Shown piece after piece: positions 1-12,269 of a stretch of DNA of 64,000 nt. Source of the stretch: Camelus ferus (lineage: Eukaryota); assembly GCF_009834535.1 (NCBI RefSeq), contig NC_045707.1, positions 61,940,001 to 62,004,000 on the forward strand. The letters are read 5' to 3'. Position 1 is the stretch's first letter. Each line of letters opens with the position of its first letter. The position numbers and the translations under genes are program-made. A model generated the notes under the pieces. It did no database searches, was not told the origin of the DNA, and saw nothing but the letters and a program-made list of their open reading frames with translations.

Positions 1-119
1 TTACTATTTTAAATATTGAATTTGTAATTTTTATATAAGCCAAATATATTAAGGGGGACTTTTGAAAATTAGGTAATATTGAGACCCTATTTAAAACTTT
101 TTCATACATACTGTCTTAT

Positions 120-860
120 CTGTAGCTGGTGGGAGCTGGTGGGACTGCAAATTGGAATAATTTCTATGGAGGAAAATTAGATAATATTTTTTCAGAATTA
201 AAAATGATCTCACTTTGTTAACCCAGCATTTCTGCTTGAGGATATTATCCTCCACATAAACACAAATGTGTATGAAAATACTCATGTACATAGATATTCA
301 TTGAAACATTATTTATAATAGTAAAAGAAGGAAAAATAAACCTAACTCGCTATCAATATGGAATTGGTTAACTAAACAATGATAAATTCATGCACTGAAA
401 CATTATCAGGCAATTTTTAAAATTGAAGTACAGTCAGTGACAATGTGTGAATTTCTGTTGTAAAGCACAATGTCCAAGTCATGCATATACATACATCTAT
501 TTGTTTTCACATTCTTTTTCCTTAAAGGTTATTACAAGATATTGAATATAATTCCCTGTGCTATACAGCAGAATTTTTTTTTTAATCAGGCAATTTTTAA
601 AATGATATGATCCAGAATATGGAGAGATTTCTAAGATATATCACTAAGTAAAAATTGTAAGGTGCAGGAAAGGTTTATTCATATAAGCAATAGGTGTTTA
701 TGCACCGAATGTCTATGGAGGATGGAGGATGAATAAACAATTTTTAACACTATCTTTGGAAAAAAGAGTTGTGTTTGGGGAGAAATAGTTGAGTGAGAGA
801 TGTATTTTTCATTGCATTTCTTAAGTTTTTCCTCATTTTTACAGTGTAATTAATACAAAA
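120..860 (+). mobile_element. Old L1 (L1ME/L1MC-like) ORF2-end/3'UTR relic, interrupted by a younger L1 fragment
   Basis: Degenerate L1 3' motifs (gctggtggga...caaattgg; acccagcattt; atattcattgaaacattatttataatagtaaaa). Confidence 0.7.
424..584 (-). mobile_element. Heavily 5'-truncated camelid-type L1 3' end
   Basis: tgaagtacagtcag...ttattacaagatattgaatataattccctgtgctatacag is the L1 terminal 3'UTR; flanked by the direct repeat atcaggcaatttttaaaat at 405-423 and 585-603. Confidence 0.9.
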
Positions 861-1429
861 TACATAAAAGGAAAGATGAGGCATCAGGCATACTGTCGTT
901 ATTATACTGTTACTAAAAGGTTATTTATGGATAAATTTGGGTGACATTGACATGGGTTTTTTTTAATACACCTGAGGGTGATTTTTGTATACAGAAAAAG
1001 CAATTAGGCAAATTATTTCTAAGTTTAAGAACAAATATTAAAATTAAAAATATATTTTCCTTTTTCCTTAAATTCATTCTACAAATTTTTAATTCTATGT
1101 ATAAGTTTTTTGGGTTTTAATAATTATTTCTAAGGAGGCTTTAAATAATGTATGCTTCTGTTTTAAAATTTAATCATGTACCCTTAAACAGTGAAGTTCT
1201 AAATTTATTATAATAGATTTACTGTTAAAATACTTCAGCTGTCTAGATTTTTAAAAATATTTCTAAGTACTTAAAACATTCTTATAAGTCTAATAGAATA
1301 AACTTATATCACTAATTAAAAACTTAGTAAGGCTTCAATTTAAAGTCACTAATTGAAATCAATTACTCAATTAACTATTTTTAAAAAGACTGTCACTCAA
1401 GCAATGTAAGTACAAGAATACTAATGATT

Positions 1430-1582
1430 GTATGAGGAAGAATCTTGAGTAACGTGGGTATTGATTTTACATGTCCAGAGAGGTTGAGAAACTTGACAAA
1501 GTTTGTATAAGTAGACATAGCAAAATTGGATCCAGGTTTGTCTGATTCCAATTTCCTATAACCTTCACACTATGTTGCCTAC
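1430..1582 (-). mobile_element. MIR SINE
   Basis: cagagaggttgagaaacttgacaaag...ccaggtttgtctgattcca resembles the antisense MIR core. Confidence 0.7.
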
Positions 1583-1589
1583 CTACCAG

Positions 1590-1990
1590 AGACTGACCGA
1601 AAAAAAAGTTATTTTAACTCATGTATTTAAAAGTTCAAGGAGTAGGACTAGCTTCTAGTGCAGGTAGATAGTTAGGCTCAAAAGGTATCTTCAGCATCCA
1701 GTCTTACCCTCACGCTCTCACAGCTTTGCTTTTTGTGTGTTAGCTCCATTTTTTTTTTTTTTTTTTGCTACAGAAACAAGACTTATATTTATCTACCATC
1801 TAATCAAATACTGGTGTTTCATTTTTCTGAAATTCTCCAGCAAAGACCTCATCACATCCTATTTCTCTACGTTTGCGATATCCACATCCCTGTAATATAA
1901 TAACCAGCCTGAGAAATCAGATATACTGATTCACTTAGATAAATCAAGATCAACCTTTGGTATGAGAGGTTCTGTTTTACCAGATCCCGT
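1590..1990 (-). mobile_element. Old MaLR LTR (MLT1J/K-like)
   Basis: aagttcaaggagtaggactagcttc...ggctcaa...ctttgctttttgtgtgttagctccat...tactgattcacttag pattern. Confidence 0.55.
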
Positions 1991-2849
1991 GGATCGAGAG
2001 TGGCAAATAGGTGTATCTACAATAGAAGTGCCTAGGTTTTCAGAGGCACAGGTGGGGAGAAAATCTGTGACTGGAAAAGGGGATTCCTCAGTGAATCCTG
2101 CCCTCTGTGCATCTACTATGTTTGTTATTGGAAGACTTTTTGGAATTCCAAAGTCACTTATTAAAGTTGAAATGTCTGCTTTCAACATAATTAACCAATA
2201 CCTTTGATGTGATCTGGAGAAAGGAGGAGAGAGTAGCCTATTTTTTGGCAGCCTGTTTTCCAGAGTAAATGACGCTGAATTGGCAGAAAGCCAGTATAAA
2301 GACTCTTAGAAAGAATTGGACAAAGGATGCAATAGAATTTAGACTCAAGTGACTTTCCCCCTAGCAGCTCTCAGAGCCACAGTTAAGCTACCAGGTGTTA
2401 GGCTTAAGCTCTTAGGTGTAAGGCTAGGAGACTTAGCCACCAGTGAGAGCAGGTTGCTGTGCCAGCGTAAGAGGACGTGGACCACGTGGCATGTTGTGAA
2501 GATGGACAGGAAGGGCGAGGCTCTCAGTATGAGAATCCTATGAAGCAATGACTAAGAGGAGTCCCAGCCAGAGTGGTACAAGCAGACCAATAACATGTAA
2601 GAATGGCAGCTTTTAATTTAAGTCTCTTTTGTCTAAGGTCAGTATTAGCTCTGATAAAACGACTCCTGGAAAGTGGGCTCAGATTTGAAGACATGAACTT
2701 TGGAGAAGTGGGACCTGAAAGCCTCCAATCAAGGTGCCACATGTCCTCAGGATCCTTCTCCAGGTCCCTTCACTTGGATTCACTTAGAACAAAGCTTTCC
2801 TTCCTTTCCTCAAAATATTACCATGTAGTATTTTTTTTGTCCTGAGGAC

Positions 2850-3412
2850 TTTTCCAGGTTTATTGAGATAAAATTGGTAAAACAAACAAACAAACAAACA
2901 AACAAACAAAACACACCATATTGTGTAAGTTTAAGACATACAACATGATTGATATGTGTATATATTGTGCAATGGTCACCAAAATGAGGTTTAGTTGACA
3001 TGTCCATCACCTCACATAGTGACAATTTTGTGTGTGTGCTGAGAATATTTAAGACTTACACCCTTAGCAAATTTCAAGTGTACAATACAGTACTGTTAAT
3101 GGTAGTCCCCATCCTGTGCATTAGAGCCTCCAAACTTATGGATCTTATAACTGTACGTTTTGACTTTTTGACCAACATCTCCCCATTTCTCCCACCCCAA
3201 GCCCCTGGCAACTACTAACCGCTTTGTTTTTGTGATTTTGGCTTTTTTAGATTCTACATATAAGTAAGATGATACAGTATTTGTCTTGCCTTGTCTGACT
3301 TCACTTAACAAAGTGCCCTAAGGAGGTTTATCCATGCTGTCATAAATGACGGGCTTTATTCCTTTATTATGACTGAATAATATTCCATTACATATATATT
3401 TGATATATATAT
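2850..3412 (-). mobile_element. L1MA9-like 3'UTR (3' piece)
   Basis: cttagcaaatttcaagtgtacaatacagtactgttaa...accaacatctccccatttctcccaccccaagcccctggcaact; contains (AAAC)n. Confidence 0.9.
2879..2911. repeat. (AAAC)n microsatellite
   Basis: Directly visible tandem AAAC units. Confidence 0.95.
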
Positions 3413-3612
3413 TACTTTTGCAAATATTTATTTACAGCTAGTAAGATAATCTTCAGTTAAATAATAGGGAACCATCTATGTATACATAGATGGTGGGCAC
3501 ATAAGATGCAATTGGAACTGAAATGTACATTAGTATCTGATAAGGGAATTTATGTGGCAGCAACTTTACTGAAAATTAGGTTATACATGCTATTTGAGAT
3601 ATAACTTTTTGT

Positions 3613-3700
3613 CTGTGACCTTTGGTAGAAAAAGTTCTCTCTAGGTTTCTTCATTATAAAAATGTTACAAAATAATGTTAAAAAATAATGTTCATTCATG
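3613..3700 (+). mobile_element. MIR fragment, apparently continued at 4151-4200
   Basis: ctgtgacctttgg...ctctctaggtttcttcattataaaaatg...aataat; the next MIR segment gtcgtgaggatttaaat follows the L1 piece. Confidence 0.55.
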
Positions 3701-4150
3701 TATTTTTTCTTTATACATTCATCCATCAACAGACCCTTAGGCTGCTTCCATGTCTTGGCTATTGTGAATAATGCAATGAACTCGGGGGTGTATACATCTT
3801 TTTGAGTTAGTGTTTTGATTCTTTGGATAAATAACTGGAAGTGGAATTACTGGATATATGGTAGTTCTATTTTTGATTTTTTGAAGAACCACCATACTGT
3901 TTTCCATAGTGGCTACACCAATTTAAATTCTCACTAAGAGTGCACAAGGGTTCCTTTTTCTCCACATCCGCACCAACACTTGTTAGATGTTGTCTTTTTG
4001 ACAACAGCTGTTCTGACAGATGTGAGTGGTATCTGGTTGTAGTTTTAGTTTGCATTTCCCTGTTGGTTAATGATGTTGAGAATCTTTTCATGTATTTCTT
4101 GGCCACTTGGATGTCTTCTTTGGAAAAATGTCTATTCAAGTCCTTTGCCT
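3701..4150 (-). mobile_element. L1 ORF2 C-terminus/start of 3'UTR (5' piece of the L1MA9-like copy)
   Basis: ORF 3867-4139 translates as [23 protein letters not shown]...[12 protein letters not shown], typical L1 ORF2p C-terminal region. Confidence 0.92.
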
Positions 4151-4439
4151 GTCGTGAGGATTTAAATAATAAATTGAATGTATATTTGTGTTAATGTGTT
4201 TTTGTGCAAATTACACTTTTTAGAGATTAGTTTAGGCAACCACAAATCAATAGAATAAAATTGATGTTAAACAGTTAGTAACTGGAATATTAGAAATGTT
4301 GCCATATAATCTAAATACAAGAAAATTGTTGGTCATACACAAATTAGTTTAAAAAGTAATTTAGATTTCTAATCCAATTTTGAAGACAATGAAGTTAACT
4401 GTTCTTTTTTTTTTTTGCAAAATCCTGGTCAAATTTGCA

Positions 4440-4595
4440 AATAGAGCCTGGAGCACCTTATCATGACAGAAAGTAAGGAAATAATACAAGTTAAAAAAAA
4501 TCACAATGACAGTGAGGGGATATATCAAAGGGTCACAGGAGCCAACTGAAGGAGCTCCCAATGGGCAAAACGGGCACAACTCAAATAACAAAATG
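4440..4595 (+). mobile_element. L1MC/L1MD-type 3'UTR fragment
   Basis: gagcctggagcaccttatcatgacagaaagtaaggaa...caaagggtcacaggagccaactgaaggagctcccaatgg. Confidence 0.75.
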
Positions 4596-4624
4596 AAGAC
4601 CAGGCATAAGACAAAGATGCAGCT

Positions 4625-4792
4625 AGGTATAATGGAAAGAATATTGGACTTATAATTGGGCAGCACAGTTCTGGTCTTAAATCTGCCACTTCATAGAGCA
4701 TGATGTCTTTACCTCTCAGAGACTAACTCTCATAGATGACTCACGTAAGACGAGCCTCTTTCCTATTGCTCTAGTTTCCATAAAATGGGTAT
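4625..4792 (+). mobile_element. MIR SINE
   Basis: gtataatggaaagaatattggactt...tctgccactt...agtttccataaaatggg. Confidence 0.6.
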
Positions 4793-7099
4793 TTTCCCCT
4801 AGACACTCCTAGTCCCTTCACCTGCCTTTATTTTTTGCAGCAATGGAATGAGTTTCCTTGATGGGGCGTGATAGTCATTAACTCGTGATTTTTGATTGAG
4901 TGGGGACAATCTAGCAATGGTTCTAAATGGGAGATAATTGGTATTCGGTCCTTTCTTTTCTGCTCTGGACCAACGTGAGGCAGCTGAACAACGGCTGATG
5001 TGTTTGCTGCTTGGGCAATATGTTCTCTTGGAATTCACTATTTTTTTCATCTTCTTTACTGAGACTTCTCTTAAAGAGTCACCAGCACACTATATATAAA
5101 CTTAAGATTCTGCCTTCTAATTCCTGGGAAAAATAAGTTCTCCCAGTTTTATAAACTCTCTAGAAGAGGTGGAATGTGTAATTCGATTGTTATGCAACCA
5201 CCCAGGAAGGCAGTAGTCCCATTTGGGCTTCACATTGTGTCCTCTGTACTAGTTACATCAAACATACAGGAGATGTTTTGATTTCCCTTCTGCCTTTGGC
5301 TTAGTGCTCAACTGGTTCCTAGCTTAGATGGGAAAAAGGAGGTTTATTTGCTAAGACTCTCAAACCATTTCATAAAATTGAATAAAATCACTTATGCTGT
5401 GGTAGCTTGAAACTAATAAATCATCATATAAATAATTTATCATAGTAAAATGGAAGCTTTTGAAACTAACAGTATTCAACATCTACGTAAGAAATATTGA
5501 ATTGTTATAACTTCTGATGCTATCCAGAATAATAATGACATTCTCAACTTGTTTAAAGTTTGTAGCAAGCTTGCTTAGCTTTATAGAGTGGACTTTTACA
5601 CATTCCTAATTGCCAATTATTTCCCTCACTTTTTGCCCAGTACACATTCAATACAAAACTATGCTTTTAATTAACTTCTGCTCAGTAAATAGGTATTCAG
5701 ATGCACATTTTGTGCTTCAGAACCACAATTAAAGCTGTTGGGTTAGTTTTTGCAACGTTATTCTAATTAAAATACTTTTAGCTGTATTTGGCATGCATTA
5801 AAATGTCAAGTAATTGACAGCCCATAAGTGAAAAATTGATCCAATTATCAAGCCAGCTAGAACTTTTTTCTTTTCTCAACTGCAAAGATTTATTATGGCC
5901 ATTAGAATTACAGATGTTTATATGTTTGCTTTTAGTAATTGGAATGCATTTAACTTTGCCATGCCCTCGGTGGTGTTTCTGCTCTTCAGTGGGATAGATA
6001 ATTCCTCAATCTTTGAAGTGCACATTTAGAAAAGGCTTCCCAATTCTCTCTTCACATGGAGTAGATAATCATGCTTTCCCCGGAGTTTAGGGGATAGATT
6101 TTTCTTTTCATGTCTCCAGATGGTCGTTTTACTAATGAATCACAGAGGAACGCAGTTTATCTTAAGATATGGCTTCTCTACATTGTCTTACTTTTTAAAT
6201 TCATAATATAAATCTTCAATGAATTACTTAATTTAAGACATGCACATAGAATAAAACAAAAGGAAATATAATAAATGGTAACTTCTAATTGTAGTTATTT
6301 GGTTAGTCTCGCCTGCACACTAATAAAAATATTTAACCCTCTCAGTAAAAGTCAGCCAAAACCCCTCCAAAATATCAATTCTATATAGGCTTAAGAGGTG
6401 CTTAATTTAGAATAATTATTAATACAATAGAAAAAAATAATGGGGAGGATTAATACTCAATTATTTGTATTGAATAATTGAATGAGTACTGGGGGGGGGG
6501 GGCAATCTATATTGTTTACTAAGAATCTTCATCAATAAATATTAGCCCATGAGAAAAACAGTCACTTCAGAGTGTAGTTTGTAGATATTAAATCTGTTTG
6601 TTTCTGGATCTAATAACTATAACTGGAATAAATATCAAACTGATTTATTTGTTATGGATGCGAGAGATACACTATTTCGTTGATGGCATTTTACACACTG
6701 TTAACAGATGTAACTAAATCCTAAACAAGACTTCCCTTACCCAAGACCTCATAAAAATATTTGTCTCTTTAAAGTCAATGCAAGGTTCCCAGATTAGTAC
6801 TCAGTGTCTTTTAATCACTAGATCCTGGTACCTCCACCCATTTAACCACATTCCTGGGGATCCTGATCTAGGCCACCCAACACCCAGCACATCTCCATCA
6901 ATCCCACCTCTCTGCCTTGTCCTTTGCTATTTTTTTATTCCCCAGTCTTCTTCGCTCTACCTTTCCAAAAGTTCCAAGAAGACTAGGCTAAAACTTATTT
7001 TCACCAAGACCATACCTTTACGACCCCATCCCAGAAGTAAAAATTTTCCTACTCTAAATTCCACAGTAGTCTTACAGTATGCGCTTCACTATAAGAAAT

Positions 7100-7754
7100 A
7101 TGTTTATTCTCATTTCACAGTCGTTATGTTTTGTAAAGTCACTGCAAATACTGAATCATTGCTTCTTGGCGAAACAAAGGTGAAATAAAGAGTGAGGTTT
7201 CTGGAAGCCTCAGGTCATAACATTGTCCTTCACTGATCAATAGATATTCCTGTTTTATATGTGTTTCTATTTCAAGACATCTTATTTAATATATATTGTT
7301 GATTCATTAACACTGAACTCCTAGACTACACTTTGTGGCTGAATAAAACTTATCTAACACACTATTTTCTCATTAAGTATATCACAGACTTCTTGAACTT
7401 AGGAACACCAAACAACATTTCAACACTAGGCTTTGGAGTCATTTTAAGCAGCAAAATCCCAAGAAAAAGCACAAAAATATGGAAAATATGGTGCTAAATA
7501 GAGCATGAAAAGAACGCATCTTACAGTATGAAAGCTGACACAAGATGTCAGAGCAAAGCCTTATTTGACCTCGGCTGAGAACGTGTGCATCGGGCAACTC
7601 AATTTTTTTTGCTACACTGAGCCTGTGCATGTCCATGAGTGGAAAGATTGTGAAAGCCCCAGAGTACTGATTTGGGAGTTACAAATAAATCTGAGTAAGT
7701 CGGCGAATTCCCAATAACGGAATCACAGAATTCACAAATAATGAGGATCAACTG
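7100..7754 (+). mobile_element. MER82 (TcMar-Tigger non-autonomous DNA transposon), near full length
   Basis: gttatgttttgtaaagtcactgc...ttatttaatatatattgttgattcattaacactgaactc...aataatgaggatcaactg terminus; about 650 bp. Confidence 0.85.
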
Positions 7755-10104
7755 CATATTTCTTACTTGTTTCTACTACTTTGACTTGTCTTCAGAATTA
7801 CATCCTCCCCCCAACACTGAGGAATCCATTGTAATACCTTTACTAATAATTGCTGGATGTGAAAATAAATTGTTACTTTGACACACATAAATGTGAATAT
7901 ACTATTCAAATTAATTTGATTATGTTGTCTCTGACCTTATCTGGAAACATGGATTTAAAGGTCTGTCAGCATTTTTAAAAAAAGAATTTAAAATGTAAAT
8001 ATACAGAAATAAGCCTAATTACATAAAGTGATAACTTCAGAGGCAAATATACGACAGCAATATGATTTCAGCCTTGGTCATATACTTCTAAAATAGCTCT
8101 TAGAACAGAGACTACAGGCAAGTATAGCAATAAAACCAGTGGATTTGAGATGATGGGGGAGGCTGAATTAGGGCAGGTGCAATACGAAAGAGCGGCATTT
8201 GAAAGAGGTATTTTTAAAAATTGATTTTAAACTTTTTCACATGACATCGTTTTCAGATGTCAATTGCAAATAAAAATTTCCATTCCAGCCTATGCAGAGC
8301 ATATGAGAGAATTTAAAGGAAGTAGAAGAAAATATTACTCTGTAAATACAGCAAAATAACACAAACCAAGACAACCAAAGACAACAACAGCAAAGCTGAC
8401 ATTTATTACGAGTGAGAAACCAGGATAATATTTAATAGATTTAATTTCCTATTTTAAAAATTCAAAAAAAATGAAGTTTCCCTAAAGGAAAATGAATCGC
8501 ATTCAAAATGTTTTTTAAGCATCTTGCTGAATTCCTTGAATTTCTGCTTATAACTATGTCTTTGGGGAGTATAAATGGAACTAGCAGATGTAAGTAAAAA
8601 TGACTATGACTTAACAAGCTTCTCGAACAGAAAACCCACACAGTTTCCAAGTTCATAGTAAATGCTTATTTGTGTGAGAAGGGGGTCTGAATCACATATG
8701 CATCATTCTCTCATCTCTCTCTCAACTAAAATGAGCCTTCATAGGCTACTAAACATTCAAGATTGAAAAGGAAAGTACTTTTTGCTTGAAATTTCCCATG
8801 AGTTGTGGGATTTTGTTTTTGTCCGTGACAAAAGCCAATAGGCAGTTTTAATGAACCTGAATTTTTTTTTTAATGCCACATTCAAATTTGGCAAAAAATG
8901 TTACCTTATATCTTGTTTCATTGATGCACATATTTAAATTGTTCACCAAGAAGATTCATTGCTTCCTTTAGGTAACTAATATATAGTACAATCTAATGAC
9001 ACTAGTGGAATATTCCCCAGCCTCCTACATTATGCTGATATTAGCATTAGCTGGTTTATTTTATAACAGGTATGAAAAGGAAGCTGATAGCCTTTCAGTT
9101 GCTTCTGTCTCCAGTGGGAGGAGCCATTGCCCTTTCGGAAGAGAGGGAAGCATAGTTACAGACGAAGTTATCCCTTTGTTTTTTATTTTCATCTAGTATC
9201 AGGACTTTGTGGCTCTGAATCAAATTTAACACTAGGAAACATGGGTGCTCCAGCAATGTTTATATTGTTACTAACTCTATTCTTAGTAAACAACTCCACA
9301 AAGCATTTCCTGTTTGGTGGACGATGCCTAACATAATGACACAATGCATGTACAATTTAATAGTTTCCGAAGGAAAAGAGCCACATTTAAATGGGTTTTG
9401 CTTTGTTTTTTTTTTGTTTGTTTGTTTTTTGTTTTAAGAATAAGAGTAAAGTTTTTACTGGAAAATCACAGAACAAATTGGTACTTTAACCTATGTGTAA
9501 TTCTCTTTCAGTTTTCAGATACTTCTTCATGTCAATAAATATTTAAGCATTAAACATGTTCTTCTCTAGAAGAGCTTTTTAAAAAGCCTTTAAATATTTG
9601 GTTGCAATGATTAAATTGTAAAACATGAATTATTAGAGAATCAATCATTTACTTAATGACATTGCAAAATCTGAAAATACTAAATCTACTTTGAGGTACT
9701 GAAATATCATACAATTAGAAATGAGCATCCTGTTTGGTATGCTTACTTACGAAATGATGCTTTGATCTTTTTCTGGAAAAATATTTTTTACAGAAAACTT
9801 GATGCAAAGGAGCAGGCAATAGTGCTTAAACCATGGACACTGAACAGAGCCAATACAGAATACATTTTTAAAATAAATTCAACTTATAAACATCAAAATA
9901 CTAAAATCCAAGTTCTTTTAGGAATTTAATAGCATAATAATTTATCAAATGAGTCGACTTTCAGTTGGTTAACTGGAGTAGCAACTAAGATAAAATCCAC
10001 TGTCAGTGATCTGCCTTGTAGTTCTCATACTATAGTTTAAAACAAACAATAAAAACATCCTCAATTAAAAAATTTCATCCATATTCCAATTTAACAATTC
10101 ATAA

Positions 10105-10335
10105 TAGACACTGTTTATTCAATGTCTATCTTGTGCTATTTCATTAAGCCCTTTATGCTCATTTTCACCTTTCATTCCTTGAAGAAATCAATGAGATAAG
10201 CATTATGATTTTTATTTTATAATCTTGGGAATCCTAGGTTCACAGAGCACAAATAATTTTGAATAAAGGTACATGAAATGTTCAAATCTAGATGTATAGC
10301 ACTTCAATGTCTGAACTCTATTCACTTGGAACTAT
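10105..10335 (-). mobile_element. MIR SINE
   Basis: atgagataagcattatgatttttattttata...ggttcacagagcac...ttcaaatctagatg. Confidence 0.55.
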
Positions 10336-10397
10336 TTCTCTAATTAGCTAAATCTGATCATCAGTTCACAGACTTCATATTAATTGACCTTCCAGAC

Positions 10398-10530
10398 GGA
10401 TGTCACACAGTTGATCACTCCCACTGGACACACTGTCTTCACTTGGCTTCTACACCACAACAATCTCCTGTTTTTATTTCCGTTCTACTTGTTTCCAGGC
10501 AGTCAAGCCTTTTGCCTGTTTTACTTACTG
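10398..10530 (+). mobile_element. L2 ORF2 (RT region) fragment
   Basis: cacagttgatcactccc...cactgtcttcacttggcttc...ctcctgtttt matches the L2 RT-region consensus. Confidence 0.65.
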
Positions 10531-10764
10531 CCAGATCCTTCACACAAGAGAGTGTATAGAACACATAAGCAGGAACAAAAAAATAGTTCCTAAAATAAAA
10601 GCGTGTTTAATTTCTAGAAAACAATAAAAATATATTTAGTTCATAAATATGTTAACATTAAAAATAGTATGTTAGTGAAACCTGAAAAAAATAACCCTTA
10701 TACATGCATTTTTCCTTATAGAGAAGCTTACTTAAGAAACTGATTTTATGGTTGTGGCTGAAAC

Positions 10765-12264
10765 TGTAGAAAAAAGAACTTGAACATATCTCCTCCCATA
10801 GTCTCACCAACTGACAACTGTTTATGGAGAAACTATCTGCAAAAATGACCTGAAGACTAGTAGAAAAGGTTTTCCTCAACTAAAGCTATACATAAGGAGC
10901 CACAGTAAGACAAGGAGGAGGGGCAGGGACACAGTATAGGACCCACACCCCTGGGTCTGCTACCCACAAATGGGGAGAATATCACAAATACAGATGGACA
11001 AACAACATGACACAAACAGATGGAAAGATACACCATGCTCATGGATTGGAAGAATTAAGATTGTTAAAATGACTATACTACCCAAGGCAATCTATAGATT
11101 TAATGCAATCCCTATCACAAAACCAAGGGCATTTTTCATAGAATTAGAACAAATAATTCTGAAGTTTGTATGAAGCCCCCCAAAAAAAAGACCCCAAATA
11201 GTCAAAGCAGTCTTGAGAAAGAACAAAGGTGGAGGTATTTCAAACCCAGATTTCAAACTATACTACCAAGTTATAGTAATCAAAACAGTATAGTACTAGC
11301 ACAAAACAGACACATGGATTAACAGAGGAGAATAGAGAACCCAGAAATAAATCCACACTTACATGGTCAATTACTCTACAAAAAAGAGGCATAAATATTC
11401 AGTGGGGAAAAGATAGTCTCTTTAATAAATGCTGTTGGGAAAACTGAACAGCTACCTGTAAAAGAGTGAAACTCAACCACTCTCTCACAGCATACATAAA
11501 AATAGAGTCAAAATCTCTATGAGACTTAAATGTAAAGACCTGAAATCATAAAACCTCCAGAAAAAATTGTAGGCAGTAGGCTCTTTGATATTGGTTGTAG
11601 CAACATTTTTTTGAATCTGTTTCCACAGGCAAGGGAAACAAAAGCAAAAATAGACAGGAAATACATCAAAGTAAAAAGATAATGCACAGCAAAGTAAACT
11701 ACCAGCAAAATAAAAAGGCAGCCTCTTGAAAGGAAGAAGATATTTTCAAACAACATATCTGATAAGGGGTTAATATCCCCAAAATATAAATATCTTATAG
11801 AGCTCAATAGCAAAAAAAAAAAAAAAAAAAAAAATCCAATTAGAAAATAGACAGAGAACATGAAGAGGCATTTTTCCAGAAAGAACCTACAGATGGCCAG
11901 TAGACACACGCAAAGATGCTCAACATCACTAATCATCAGGGAAAGGCAAATCAAAACCACAATGACATATCACCTCATGCCTATCAGAATGGCTATCATC
12001 AAAAAGACAATAAGTAACTAGTGCTGGCAAGGACGTGGAGAAAAGGGAACACTTTTGCGCTGTTGGTGGATTGTGAATTGGTGCATCCACTATGGAAAAA
12101 AGTATGGAGATTCCTCAGAAAATTAAAAATAGAACTGCCATATGATTCAGCCATTTTGCTTCTGGGTATTTGCCTGAAGGAAACAAAAACAATACCTCAA
12201 AAAGATACAGGCACCCTCCTCCTATGTCAGTGCGGCATTATTTACAACAGCCAAGATGTGGAAG
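10765..12264 (+). mobile_element. L1 copy with a 5'UTR head (about 10765-10995) joined to distal ORF2 (about 11009-12264); no 3'UTR or poly(A)
   Basis: Head atctcctccca...atgacctgaagactagtagaaaagg...gacccacacccctggg...acccacaaa resembles the laurasiatherian L1 5' end; [36 protein letters not shown] is L1 ORF2p; frameshifted and pseudogenised. Confidence 0.88.
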
Positions 12265-12269
12265 GACTG

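Noticed and set aside
6778..7188. 136-aa ORF
   Set aside because: No recognisable domain or splice context, and its 3' part runs into MER82
11526..11960. 144-aa hydrophobic ORF (longest in the window)
   Set aside because: Antisense reading of L1 ORF2 ([16 protein letters not shown]... is the usual antisense-L1 artefact); the poly-Phe run comes from an A tract
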